Source of the DNA: a virus
Lineage: Duplodnaviria; Caudoviricetes
Strand: one strand, 5' to 3'
DNA: 64,000 nt
Virus record (IMG/VR): IMGVR_UViG_637000339_000002
Part shown: in pieces, positions 52,411-63,680 of the stretch
How positions within the stretch are numbered: the first letter of the stretch is position 1
Layout of the letters: each line of letters opens with the position of its first letter
The notes under the pieces: generated by a model
Told to the model about the DNA's origin: nothing
The model's database searches: none
What the model saw: only the letters and a program-made list of their open reading frames with translations
Program-made: the position numbers and the translations under genes

Positions 52411-54606
52411 TTATCCTAACATTAAATTTTGCCTATAGCTAAAATCTTCAGCTCCAAGAGTGAACTTTCCTATACCACAAGCAAATGGTCCAGTTGGAAT
52501 GTCAAGCCACTTATCCTCTTTTGCACCTGTAGACATTCCTTTAACTAACTGCTTTGCTTGTAAAAGTTCCTGAACTATACGCTCTAGTCGATCTCTTCCC
52601 ATACTGTGGAAAATCTCAGGTAGCCTATGCCGTTGTTTATATACTCCTGTGCTTCCTGTGTGAGTAAATGGGTGTCCTGCAACAGCAGATCGTGTAATTG
52701 CATCAGTAAGACATATTTTAAGGTCTTTTTCACTAGCATTTTTAACTGTTAGTTGTATTGTTATATCTTCTAGTAGCCCTGTTTCCTGATTTCTTAGGTA
52801 AGTTCTTACAGTGCGATCAGCTAAACCATTGGCCTTCACAACTGCCCCATGAAACAAAGCATTCTGTCTTGGTGTTTCTCCTACTGCCTTAAAGATTTCT
52901 AGCCTAGCTGTATTTTCTATTGGCCAAAAAGCGTATGAGCATCTAACACCATTAACAAGAGCAGAGGTACCTCTAATTGCATCGCGTGCTTGTTCAGCAG
53001 TTAATATTGGTTTTTCTCCTTTTGGCTTTCTCATGTGATGAGCAGTAATTATCGAAGCTCCAGTACTACATGCTAAATCAGATAATAAGCACATTAGATA
53101 ATCCCCTACAGCAGGATCAGCATTTATATCTGCATGGATAAATGAAGCAAGTGGATCAAATACTATCAATTTCAGATCTTTAATTTCCTCGAGCTGTTTC
53201 ATTACGGATTCGAATTCAGGAGAAACTTCGACGATTTTACCACGAACATTTCTGAGTATTGTAAGTGATCCTCTGACGTTTGGCAGTGGTACAATAAATA
53301 ATTTATCTTTATGTTTCAACCTTTCACACTTAGGGTCGAGTCGTTCTAAGCGGCGGTGTATCTCACTTGCATCATCTTCTGCTGAAAAAATCACTACTGA
53401 TCCATGTTCAGTAACAAGTGAACCAAAGCCACACATCTGATCCTTATCACTTGCAACCTTAAGCGCTAGGTCAAGAAGAAGCATACCTTTGCCTGTATCT
53501 CCCATTGCTGCTATTATTGAAGTAACACCTAAAGGAAATAGACCTTCAACAAGAAACTTTTGCTCTGGTACCGGACCTACAAAGCGCTCTGCACTCCAAT
53601 CTAAAATGTTAAGTGGCTGTTTTGTGGATCTTTCTAAACTTTTCATATTTGAAGTATCAGTAGCTGGAGTATCAATAGTAAGCAACGGAGTTGAAGCTAA
53701 AAACTCTTTGACATCTATACCTTCCTCTACACAATCAGCAGCATCCCATTTCTCAGGCTTACCTCGAGGAATTTCAAGCACAGCAAGTGATGCAACTCCG
53801 ATCTCTAAAAGCTTTTTTTCAGCATTTTTTGCGTATTTATTACCTGCTTCATCATTATCTGGCCAAATGATAATATGCTTACCTTTAAGTGGTGACCAGT
53901 CTGTTTTATCAATTGGTGCGTTTGCTCCAGACATTGCTGTTGTTGCTGTGATACCTTGTTCTATCAGCGCTTCTGCACATTTTTCCCCTTCAACCAGAAC
54001 AACTTTATCAGACTTTAAAATACTTGGTATGTTATAGAGAGGTCTTACTTTTGGCGCACCATACCGAGATTGTTTAACATCAAAAGGCTTATATTGCTTT
54101 TTTCCTTTAGGAGGATCAGAACGATAAATTTTTACAATGACCTGACCATTTTCATCATAATAATTCCAACTGTGGGTAATAAATTTCTCGAAGTCTTCGT
54201 CAGCCTTTGCGCATTTCTTGTTATATCCAAGACATTCACTTATAGAGGCCATCACTTCACAAAAGTCTCTCTTTGTATCTTTTCCCTGTGCACCTGCCCA
54301 AATATCAAGAACATCACCTTTCTGCCCAGTTGCAAAATCCTGCCAGAGTCCGGCTTTTCCACCAGTTAATGCTACTCTGAGGCTTTGTCCTTTGTTACCA
54401 TGCACATCACCTATTCGGAATTCATCTCCATGAAAAGTTCCCCTTGGGAATAAATAAGAAAGGCATGATCTTATGTTTAATAATAGTTGTCTTTTTATTT
54501 CTTCTACATCAAATTGCTCTAATGGTTCTACAGTATTATTAAAATCATAATATTCATCATTTAAAGTATTTTTTTGTTTGACATCAGTTAAAAAATCTTG
54601 TACCAT
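52411..54606 (-). CDS. Second primase-helicase (RepA-like) paralogue
   Basis: Same motifs as 31049-33097. Confidence 0.88.
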   Translation of the reverse strand: MVQDFLTDVKQKNTLNDEYYDFNNTVEPLEQFDVEEIKRQLLLNIRSCLSYLFPRGTFHGDEFRIGDVHGNKGQSLRVALTGGKAGLWQDFATGQKGDVLDIWAGAQGKDTKRDFCEVMASISECLGYNKKCAKADEDFEKFITHSWNYYDENGQVIVKIYRSDPPKGKKQYKPFDVKQSRYGAPKVRPLYNIPSILKSDKVVLVEGEKCAEALIEQGITATTAMSGANAPIDKTDWSPLKGKHIIIWPDNDEAGNKYAKNAEKKLLEIGVASLAVLEIPRGKPEKWDAADCVEEGIDVKEFLASTPLLTIDTPATDTSNMKSLERSTKQPLNILDWSAERFVGPVPEQKFLVEGLFPLGVTSIIAAMGDTGKGMLLLDLALKVASDKDQMCGFGSLVTEHGSVVIFSAEDDASEIHRRLERLDPKCERLKHKDKLFIVPLPNVRGSLTILRNVRGKIVEVSPEFESVMKQLEEIKDLKLIVFDPLASFIHADINADPAVGDYLMCLLSDLACSTGASIITAHHMRKPKGEKPILTAEQARDAIRGTSALVNGVRCSYAFWPIENTARLEIFKAVGETPRQNALFHGAVVKANGLADRTVRTYLRNQETGLLEDITIQLTVKNASEKDLKICLTDAITRSAVAGHPFTHTGSTGVYKQRHRLPEIFHSMGRDRLERIVQELLQAKQLVKGMSTGAKEDKWLDIPTGPFACGIGKFTLGAEDFSYRQNLMLG

Positions 54607-55313
54607 AAGTTGAAACTTCTTTTAAGATTAAGCGTTTGAAAGGTTTTTGAGTAAGGCTGTTTTGATTGGGGTCTTACTCTTTCATTATGTAAGTAAAAAC
54701 TACGGTGGGGGTTCTTTTGGCAAAGCTTGAAAAATATATTAACAAGTAAAGGAAGTCAGTTCAGGTGAAAAGTGAGGTTTTAGTATCTTCTTTCTTTTAA
54801 AGAAAAACACTCTATTATAATTCTACTACATTTTACTCACCATGTCAACCACTTAGTTTTTATTCTGTTGATATATTTAAAATAAATTAAAAAAACTAAT
54901 GTTTTCTTTCTGCTATATAATTCATAATGGTGTCTTTGATAGAAAACCCTCTACTATATATATACCGGGTTTCTTATGACTTTTTCTGAAAAAATTAAAA
55001 ACTTTTTTCTTTGGAGGAGTTTGGCCTACCTATTAATGATAATCTTTTCAAGCCATCTGTAAAAATGAAAAGTTTCTGAAAACGGCAATTACTTTTTGGT
55101 TCATGAATAGAATTATTAAAGATGCTTTTTATTCAAATTTTAAAGGGCATTACAGGTGCTAAAGGGTACAGTTTAAAGTGGAATCACTTTAAAACGTAAT
55201 TACAGGCTTTTTGCCTACCAATGAGACATAAAGTACGAAATATAAATCTTTGTCTCTATTTTGAACTATTAGCGGTAGTTAGCTGGTTCTTTACATTAAA
55301 TAACTCAGCTATA

Positions 55314-58300
55314 TTATAGTGCATTTTTTATATTAACTAAATCTCTTAATTGATCGTTGTTAAATTCTGTAATCCAACTCTCGCCACTACTTATAGTTAG
55401 GTTTGCTAATTCCTTCTTGCTTTGAATCATCTCATCAATACGCTCTTCAAATGTACCTGTTGAAAGTAGCCTGTACACCATGACATTACGTTCTTGCCCG
55501 ATACGATAGGCCCGATCTGTTGCTTGTGCTTCCACTGCTGGATTCCACCATAAATCGTAATGTATTACATGGTTTGCCGCTGTTAAATTAAGCCCTGTTC
55601 CACCAGCTTTTAAAGACACTATAAGAATGTTGGACTGGAATAAGTTTTGAAAGTCATTAATCATTGTATCACGTGCTTTTCTAGAAAGTCCTCCATGTAA
55701 AAATGGCACTTCTGATTCAAACCTTTCTTCAAGTAGCCTAGCTATAATCTCACCCATTTCAGTGTATTGAGTAAATATCAATGATTTTTCTGCAACTTCA
55801 CCAATACTAATCAATATTTCCTCAAGCATCTGCATTTTACCGGATTGTTCAATACTCGCACGCTTTTTCTTGCCAAACTGTGATGGATGGTTACAAATTT
55901 GCTTTAAAGCATTGATAAGTTTAAAGATTAGTCCCTTACGTTCAATCCCTTCACTTTTTTCTATCTTCTCCATAGTTGTATCAACAACCTTTTGATAAAG
56001 CGCTGTTTGCTCTGAAGTGAGGGAACAATAACGATTGTTCTCAATTTTATCTGGTAAATCCTGAATAATGCTTTTATCACTCTTAAGCCTACGTAACATA
56101 AAAGGGCTAGTGATTTTCATAAACCTTTCTAGACAAGTTTTATCTCTTGCTTTTTCAATCGGTGTTGCAAAGCTGCTTTTAAACTGCTTAGGAGTACCAA
56201 GATAAGATTTGTTGATAAAGTCAAAAATGCTCCAATACTCAAGCAACCTATTCTCAACAGGCGTACCACTCATAGCTATCTTATGTTTTGCTGCAATAGT
56301 TTTAATTGCCTTGGTTTGTTCGGTATTAGGATTTTTTATATTTTGTGCTTCATCAATCACGAGCAAAAACCAGCGAATTTTATTAAGTTCTTTTTTATCA
56401 CGACGTGCAAGACCATAGGATGTTAGAGCTACATCATAATCACTTGCCAATTCTCGATTTTGTCCGTGATAGACGAAAAGCTTTAATTCTGGTGCAAAAC
56501 GTTCCATCTCTCGTTGCCAATTACTTAATATGCTTGTGGGAGCTACTACCAAGACTCTGTCCCGATCCAAAAACCCTGTATTTTTGCAACACAGAATAGC
56601 TGCTATAACCTGTAATGTTTTACCAAGACCCATATCATCAGCAATTATGCTACCAAACCCGTTTTCTATGTTCTGTACAAGCCAACTAAATCCACGTTCT
56701 TGATATGGGCGTAGTTGTGCTATTAGATTATTTGGTGTAGTAACAGGTGTGTAAGTATTAAGTTTATTAAATAAGCTTGTAAGCTGCTGGTCAAATGCTA
56801 CTTTAGTTTCATTTACTTCTCCTGTTAGAGCAGCTTGCATAAGCTCTGCTTGACTTAAATAATCAGGCAATTTATCAAGTTTTTTTAATAAAGCTTCTAC
56901 CTCTTTGTCATCCAAAAGGACGTACTGATCGACTATTCGCACAAGCCCTCGGGAATCTTTTAGCAATTTTTTAAATTCTGTAACGCTTAGTTTTTTATCT
57001 CCTATTGCTACTTTCCAATCAAATTTCAATAAATTTTCCAGCGTTAAAAAGCTTTCGCGATCTTCTTTTATTTTATCTTTAGTAGACAAATTAAGACTTA
57101 ATTGTGGTTTTAAGATTTTTTGTAAAGATTTCGGCAAAATAACTTTGATGCCTATTGCTCTTAGTACAGGCAAGATATGCAAAAATAATGGTGCAAAATT
57201 ATCTAAATTAAATGATAATGTGCTATTATCGTCAATCGACTTTTCTAGTTCAGGTATATATTCAGACAAAAGTGCAAGATCAGATAAAATACTAAGCTTT
57301 ACGTTTTGATTAGAGAGTGCTTTTTCCAGCTTGATGAATGACTTCTCATCATCCAGTGATAACTGTACCTCAAGTTCAAATTTTTCATGGTGATCTTTTA
57401 TCATTAAATAGAGTTTGTAAGGTTTATCTGCTAAATAAAGACGTGAAAGCCAGAGATTAATTGCTTGCGGTATTTCCTTGTTGCTAAACTCAGTAAACTT
57501 GTATGATCTTCCAGTAAAGAATAATTCAAAGATGGATTTATCTCTATGCTTATCCAGTGATGCAGGAAAGTTATCTTCTATATACCCTAAAAGGATGAGA
57601 GAGATAGCAACATTTACTTGTTCCTCTGGTTCCATAACGATTTCTTGATATTTAATCAATAGAGGCGGACAAATAGATGATATCTTGCTATGAATTTCCT
57701 TAACTGACTCATTAAACAACGCCGGAATCCACCTAATTATTACTTCTCCTCTTTTGTTTTGTAATACTTGTGGTATTAGCGCTGACTTTTCCATTAGCAT
57801 ATGTGCAAACTGTGAAATCATATGCATGAAGCGAAGTTCAGGGTTAAGTTTGTGGAGTAACGAACTAGGAATATCATTTAAAAATCGTGCTACATCCCTC
57901 AATACATTTCCACTGAGCCTAAATAAATTAGTTGTACCATTGCTCACTTGAGTAAGGTAATGCTGATCATCAATGAATAGTTGAAATGTTTGCCAATTCT
58001 CAATATTTCCCCATCTTTTAATAAATAGCTCCTCTTCTGATAGTTCCTTCTTAGAAGCTGGATAGTACACTAATCTTCCTGCAGGATACTTTTGCCAATG
58101 CTTATAAGCTATCTGTAAGATATTATGAAAGTTTTTTTCAAAAAAAAGTGGATTATCTGTTAAAATACTACTGATACAACCAAAAAGGTTAGGAATAGTT
58201 GATAAATCAATATCATTTAAAATTGCTTGGTTATGTATTCTAATTTTAGAACATGCCTTAAATATATCATCTATCTTTAAAATGTTTTGAGCATTTTCTA

Positions 58301-58841
58301 ATTTTCCATTCCCAAAATCATCGATAAGTGCTGACAAATTACAATTATGAATATTAAAAATCATGAAGGGGTTTTTATCAATTTCTGCAGCAATAAGATA
58401 AATTACAGCAGCAATGTGTTTACAAGGCATAGCCCAATCAGGACAACTACAACTTGCATTCATCTCCTGCCAATTTGAAGGAAATAATTTAATCCCAAGA
58501 TCATTAAGCTTATCAAACAAGCTGGCTGATAATTGTCTATTTATCAATTTAGCTAATATAGCTGGTGAAGTTTCAATAATTTGACGAATGGTCTGTTGTT
58601 CTGATGAGCTTAATTCATTGAGTATAATTTTGACTTTATATGGTTGAGGTTTTGAACCACGATATGGGTAAGATCCTGAGCTATGAACTTTAGCTGTAAC
58701 TATGTGACCATTAATTTTAATACCAAAAGCTCGACCAGTATTAGCACAAGTTCTGCCACGTGGAAGACGGTTATCATAATCTATTCCGTCAAAAGACTGG
58801 AGCCACTTCTTACCCCACCATGTTCTTCCATAAATAGTCAT
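55314..58841 (-). CDS. SWIM zinc-finger SNF2-family helicase
   Basis: CSCPD...CKH, ADDMGLGKT, DEAQ, SGTPVEN, QATDRAYRIGQ. Confidence 0.95.
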   Translation of the reverse strand: MTIYGRTWWGKKWLQSFDGIDYDNRLPRGRTCANTGRAFGIKINGHIVTAKVHSSGSYPYRGSKPQPYKVKIILNELSSSEQQTIRQIIETSPAILAKLINRQLSASLFDKLNDLGIKLFPSNWQEMNASCSCPDWAMPCKHIAAVIYLIAAEIDKNPFMIFNIHNCNLSALIDDFGNGKLENAQNILKIDDIFKACSKIRIHNQAILNDIDLSTIPNLFGCISSILTDNPLFFEKNFHNILQIAYKHWQKYPAGRLVYYPASKKELSEEELFIKRWGNIENWQTFQLFIDDQHYLTQVSNGTTNLFRLSGNVLRDVARFLNDIPSSLLHKLNPELRFMHMISQFAHMLMEKSALIPQVLQNKRGEVIIRWIPALFNESVKEIHSKISSICPPLLIKYQEIVMEPEEQVNVAISLILLGYIEDNFPASLDKHRDKSIFELFFTGRSYKFTEFSNKEIPQAINLWLSRLYLADKPYKLYLMIKDHHEKFELEVQLSLDDEKSFIKLEKALSNQNVKLSILSDLALLSEYIPELEKSIDDNSTLSFNLDNFAPLFLHILPVLRAIGIKVILPKSLQKILKPQLSLNLSTKDKIKEDRESFLTLENLLKFDWKVAIGDKKLSVTEFKKLLKDSRGLVRIVDQYVLLDDKEVEALLKKLDKLPDYLSQAELMQAALTGEVNETKVAFDQQLTSLFNKLNTYTPVTTPNNLIAQLRPYQERGFSWLVQNIENGFGSIIADDMGLGKTLQVIAAILCCKNTGFLDRDRVLVVAPTSILSNWQREMERFAPELKLFVYHGQNRELASDYDVALTSYGLARRDKKELNKIRWFLLVIDEAQNIKNPNTEQTKAIKTIAAKHKIAMSGTPVENRLLEYWSIFDFINKSYLGTPKQFKSSFATPIEKARDKTCLERFMKITSPFMLRRLKSDKSIIQDLPDKIENNRYCSLTSEQTALYQKVVDTTMEKIEKSEGIERKGLIFKLINALKQICNHPSQFGKKKRASIEQSGKMQMLEEILISIGEVAEKSLIFTQYTEMGEIIARLLEERFESEVPFLHGGLSRKARDTMINDFQNLFQSNILIVSLKAGGTGLNLTAANHVIHYDLWWNPAVEAQATDRAYRIGQERNVMVYRLLSTGTFEERIDEMIQSKKELANLTISSGESWITEFNNDQLRDLVNIKNAL

Positions 58842-59534
58842 CTTGTAAAACTATATATTTTAACCTAGATAAGCTAGATGCTGATTCTATGGACGATTTT
58901 CTCTGAATATGCAAAACTCATCTTGAACTACTACAAAATGTTAATTATAACAACAGAGAGGGCAAAAGCAATAAACACTTATATCAAAGGAAAAATTGAT
59001 TAAGGGAAAAGTGAAACTTTTTAAAGGTTGTTTAATACCTTTACACCTGTGATTGTAGCACTAATGTTGTGCGATAAATGTACAGTGAAAATGTCATCAG
59101 AAGTTACCCAATTATTGAGTAGTTTTTTTTACGGCGTCAAGACTCTTGCCAGCATAGAAAATATCAGTTCCTATATAAATATCCTTATGGGCTAAAAGAA
59201 ACTTCTATTGGTTGATAGAAAACAGAAAAAAACTATTTAAAAAGTATACTCAACAATATAACAAGGAAGCATAAGTTAGGAAAAGTAGTAGGCCGTTGAT
59301 AAGGATTTGCCTATTTTCTCGATCAACTAGCTTTTGTATAAGTACTGATGGGTCAATATAAATGAGTAGTTCTGGGAAGCTTACTTTATCGGCTAATCTA
59401 TATTAGCGTCATAGAGGATTTATATATTTCAAGCATGTTAATTATTTTTTCTGGATCATTTAGGAAACTATAGTAGACTTTACAACTCATTAATTATCAC
59501 TTAACTTACCTCCTAGTAAGTTCTTGAGTTATGT

Positions 59535-60296
59535 ATGGATAACACGTTGATAATATTAGCAGCAGGAAAAAGCAGTAGAATGAATTCACAGTACTCAAAA
59601 ACACTACACCTAGTAGGAAATTTTACTCTTTTAGAGCATATAATTCACAATGCAAAACCGCTGAGTTTAAAAAGTCTATCAATTGTCATTAACAAGCCTT
59701 TTCTAAAGGAGTTAGAAAGATTTAGTACCTTAAAAGATATAATTGATAAATATAATATAAAATTGATAATTCAAGAAAATATTACAGGTACTGGCACTGC
59801 AGTTAAAATTGCCCTAGAAAGCCTGGAGCGGTTATCTGACCAAGACATAGTTTTAATACAGTACGGAGACACCCCGTTTATATCTAGTGATACAGTTATG
59901 AGAATGACTGATTGTTTAAAGTGTAATAATAAAAATTTAGTTCTTCTTGGATTTAATAGTCAAGATAAGCAATATGGAAGATTAGTAATTGATGATAATG
60001 ACAATGTTCAAAAAGTCTTGAAAAGTGAAGATGAAATTCTTCTTGCAAACTCTGGAATAATGGTTTCATACGCTAAAGATCTTTATACCCTAATAAAAGA
60101 AGTAAAATTTAATGATTCGACCAACGAATGTTGTCTTAATGATATAATACCCATTGCAGCAAGCAATAACTTACGTGCAGGTTATGTAGTCGCTGACGAA
60201 AAGGAAGCAATGGGGGTAAATAACAAAGAGGATTTGGTCAAAGCAGAACGTTATTTTCAGGCAAATAGAAGAAGACAACCAACCCTTCTTTCATAA
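59535..60296 (+). CDS. GlmU-like nucleotidyltransferase (uridyltransferase domain only)
   Basis: LAAGKSSRMNS, GTGTA, YGDTP, YGRL, GVNN; no LbH domain. Confidence 0.82.
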   Translation: MDNTLIILAAGKSSRMNSQYSKTLHLVGNFTLLEHIIHNAKPLSLKSLSIVINKPFLKELERFSTLKDIIDKYNIKLIIQENITGTGTAVKIALESLERLSDQDIVLIQYGDTPFISSDTVMRMTDCLKCNNKNLVLLGFNSQDKQYGRLVIDDNDNVQKVLKSEDEILLANSGIMVSYAKDLYTLIKEVKFNDSTNECCLNDIIPIAASNNLRAGYVVADEKEAMGVNNKEDLVKAERYFQANRRRQPTLLS

Positions 60297-60330
60297 CTAT
60301 ATTTTTTTATTCATTGATCCTTAATTTAAG

Positions 60331-60360
60331 TTGACATTTGTTTGATACTAGTTTTATAAT
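60331..60360 (+). promoter_or_regulatory. Consensus sigma70 promoter
   Basis: TTGACA-18 nt-TATAAT upstream of the epimerase operon. Confidence 0.6.
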
Positions 60361-60427
60361 GCTTTTTAAGTCTTACTTGTAAGATGATAGGTGTGAAAGA
60401 TTTTCCTGGTTGTAGTGGGAGGGACAC

Positions 60428-61387
60428 ATGGGAATATTAATAACAGGTGCTGCAGGTTTGATAGGATCGGCTTTAGTAGAAAAGTTAGAAAAGCAGGGTT
60501 ATGAAGTAATAAGCTGCGATATTAGGTTTCGCGACAACCCACTCAGTTTTTTTTCAGAAGATATAATGCCGCTACTCGCTAAGTGTACGGGGGTTATTCA
60601 TCTGGCTGCAATTTCTAGAGTTATACATGGTGAGCTTTATCCTGAATTGTGCCAAAAAGTTAATGTCGATGGTACAATCCAATTCTTAGAATTCTGCAAG
60701 TCGCTTCCGAATAAACCATGGTTTATATATGCAAGCAGTAGAGAAGTATATGGAGAACAAAAGGAACTACCAGTTGCAGAGTCTGCTAGTATCAACCCAA
60801 TAAATAATTACGCCAAAGGTAAAGCATTTATTGAAGAACAAGTAATAAATTTAAAAGGTTCTAACTTTAATGTAGCAATATTACGCTTCTCAAATGTATA
60901 TGGTGGTTTACTAGATCATAGTAGTAGAGTAATTCCTGCACTCTGTATCAATGCATTGAAAGGCGATCCAATTAGGATAGAAGGTAAAGAATGTGTTTTT
61001 GATTTTACCTATTTGGATGATGTTATAGAGGGTATATACTTAACTGTTAAATATTTACAAAACGAGAAATCTTCTCTTCCTGCTATTCATCTTACTACTA
61101 ATAGCCCATGTACTTTAGAAAACTTAGCAAAAACAATATTAAAAGTCACGGAAAGTGATTCTAGAATTGATTTTTATCCTCCAAGAAATTTTGACGTAAC
61201 TAAGTTCCATGGTGATTTTACTAGAGCTAAAGAGCTACTTGGTTGGTCTCCAAAGCATTCATTAAAAGTAGGATTAGGTAAATTTATAAAAAGTCTACAA
61301 AACAATACACAAGAATATCCTAACAATATAGATATGGTAATATATGAAAATATTAAAAGTTATTCATGGTTACCCTCCTTATTATAG
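60428..61387 (+). CDS. NAD-dependent epimerase/dehydratase
   Basis: TGAAGLIG, HLAA, SSREVYG, YAKGK. Confidence 0.9.
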   Translation: MGILITGAAGLIGSALVEKLEKQGYEVISCDIRFRDNPLSFFSEDIMPLLAKCTGVIHLAAISRVIHGELYPELCQKVNVDGTIQFLEFCKSLPNKPWFIYASSREVYGEQKELPVAESASINPINNYAKGKAFIEEQVINLKGSNFNVAILRFSNVYGGLLDHSSRVIPALCINALKGDPIRIEGKECVFDFTYLDDVIEGIYLTVKYLQNEKSSLPAIHLTTNSPCTLENLAKTILKVTESDSRIDFYPPRNFDVTKFHGDFTRAKELLGWSPKHSLKVGLGKFIKSLQNNTQEYPNNIDMVIYENIKSYSWLPSLL

Positions 61388-63680
61388 CGCTGGTTCGGAG
61401 GTTTACAGCCAAACTCTTGCCCATGAACTAGCCAATAATAATGAGGTACAAATATTTACTAGGCATGAAAACAGCTTCTTACCTGATTTCCATTATACTA
61501 TAGCTCTGGACTGTAGTGATTCCCGGATCTTACTGAATTTAATTAATATACCTACAACTAAATATCGTTACAAATTTATCAATGAAGAAGTAAATATAAA
61601 ATTTAAAAGAATAATAGATAACTTTCAACCAGATCTTATACATTTTGGTCATCTTAATCATCTATCAATTACTTTACCAGAAGTTGCTTTTAAAGAAAAT
61701 ATACCTACAATTTTTACGCTACATGATTTTTGGTTAATGTGTCCAAGAGGAAGATTTATTCAACGTAATTCTGAAGATTTGTTACGGCTTTGTGATGGAC
61801 AGAAGGATCAAAAATGTGCAACCCAATGTTACAAGGGGCATTTTACAGGAGATGAAGAATTCTTGAATTCAGACTTAAATTATTGGGAACAATGGGTTGC
61901 AACTAGAATGAAGCAAACAAAGAAAGTAGTGGACTATATAGATTACTTCATTGCTCCGTCAAAATTCTTAATGGATAAATTTACTCAAGACTTTAATGTT
62001 CCGATAAACAAAATTTCTTATCTTGATTATGGTTTTGATCTAAATCGTCTTAAGAATAGAAATAGGGTGCAAGAAAAAGGGTTTATTTTCGGTTATATAG
62101 GTACTCATACTCCCGAGAAAGGTGTTGACCTATTATTGAAGGCTTTTTCTCGCTTATCATCTAAAGCAAAACTTAGAATTTGGGGAGCGGCAAGGGAAGA
62201 AACTAAAACTTTAAAAGCGATTGCCGATCAGTTTCCACATGCTGTTAAAGAAAGGATAGAATGGATGGGAAGTTATAACAATAAAAATATAGTTACTGAT
62301 GTATTTAATAAAGTTGATGCGATAGTTGTTCCTTCAATTTGGGGTGAAAATTCACCATTAGTAATACATGAAGCACAGCAACTGAGTGTACCAGTAATAA
62401 CGGCTGATTATGGTGGCATGGCAGAATATGTAAGAGATGGAATAAACGGACTATTATTTAAGCATAGAGATACAAATAGTTTGTCAGAAAAAATGCAAGT
62501 CCTATCTACAGACCAGGAATTATACAGTGAACTGACCCAAAGAGGCTATCTTTATACTAAAAATGGTAATGTACCTTCTATAAGTGAGCATACTGAGAAA
62601 CTTAACAAAATTTACCGTAATATTATTGAAAATAAAGGCAAATCAGTGGCTACAAAACCTGGTCCTTGGAGAATTACTTTTGATACTAATCCAGATTACT
62701 GCAACTTTGCTTGTGTAATGTGTGAATGCTTTTCACCATATAGTAAAGTTAAAGAGGAGAAGAAAGCTAAAGGGATAAAACCCAAGATAATGTCAATAGA
62801 AACTATCAGGAAGGTAATTAAGGAAGCAGATGGAACACCTTTAAGGGAAATCATTCCTTCTACTATGGGTGAGCCTTTAATGTATAAAAGCTTTGATGAA
62901 ATAATCAATTTGTGCCATGAGTTCGGCCTGAAGCTTAACCTCACGACCAATGGTTCTTTTCCTATTAAAGGAGCTAGAAAATGGGCTGAACTATTGGTAC
63001 CAATTTTATCTGATGTTAAGATTTCCTGGAATGGGGCAACTAAAGAAACTCATGAAAGAATCATGAAAGGTTCAAAATGGGAAGTAGTGACAGAAAATTT
63101 AAAAACTTTCCTTGAAGTTAGAGATAAATACTTTAGCGATACAGGTGAAAGGTGTACCGTTACTTTACAATTAACATTTTTAGAAAGTAATTTACATGAA
63201 CTTTACGACATAGTTGAGATGGCTATAAAAAATGGCATAGATAGAGTTAAAGGACATCATCTTTGGGCACATTTTAAGGAAATTAAGGATCTATCTATGA
63301 GGAGAGATGAATTAGCAATTAGTAGATGGAATACGGAGGTGGGAAGGTTATATGAACTTAGGGATAATATGCTATTGCCAAATGGTAAAAAGATAAAATT
63401 AGAAAATTTTACGATCCTTTCTCAAGAGGGTATCAAGGATTTGGCTCCAGGTGGTCAGTGCCCATTTTTAGGTAAAGAAGCATGGATAAACAATGAAGGC
63501 AAGTTTAGTCCCTGCTGTGCTCCAGATGAACTACGCAAAACATTAGGAGATTTTGGCAATGTTAATGAAGTTAAACTGGAGGAAATATGGCAAAGTAGCG
63601 AGTACCTAAACTTACAAAAGAATTATTTAAACTATGAATTATGCAAAACATGCAACATGAGAAAACCATTAGTCAATTAA
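61344..63680 (+). CDS. GT4 glycosyltransferase fused to a radical SAM/SPASM domain
   Basis: TLHDFW and PSIWGENSPLVIHEA; CNFACVMC; C-terminal C...CC...CKTC. Confidence 0.88.
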   Translation: MKILKVIHGYPPYYSAGSEVYSQTLAHELANNNEVQIFTRHENSFLPDFHYTIALDCSDSRILLNLINIPTTKYRYKFINEEVNIKFKRIIDNFQPDLIHFGHLNHLSITLPEVAFKENIPTIFTLHDFWLMCPRGRFIQRNSEDLLRLCDGQKDQKCATQCYKGHFTGDEEFLNSDLNYWEQWVATRMKQTKKVVDYIDYFIAPSKFLMDKFTQDFNVPINKISYLDYGFDLNRLKNRNRVQEKGFIFGYIGTHTPEKGVDLLLKAFSRLSSKAKLRIWGAAREETKTLKAIADQFPHAVKERIEWMGSYNNKNIVTDVFNKVDAIVVPSIWGENSPLVIHEAQQLSVPVITADYGGMAEYVRDGINGLLFKHRDTNSLSEKMQVLSTDQELYSELTQRGYLYTKNGNVPSISEHTEKLNKIYRNIIENKGKSVATKPGPWRITFDTNPDYCNFACVMCECFSPYSKVKEEKKAKGIKPKIMSIETIRKVIKEADGTPLREIIPSTMGEPLMYKSFDEIINLCHEFGLKLNLTTNGSFPIKGARKWAELLVPILSDVKISWNGATKETHERIMKGSKWEVVTENLKTFLEVRDKYFSDTGERCTVTLQLTFLESNLHELYDIVEMAIKNGIDRVKGHHLWAHFKEIKDLSMRRDELAISRWNTEVGRLYELRDNMLLPNGKKIKLENFTILSQEGIKDLAPGGQCPFLGKEAWINNEGKFSPCCAPDELRKTLGDFGNVNEVKLEEIWQSSEYLNLQKNYLNYELCKTCNMRKPLVN

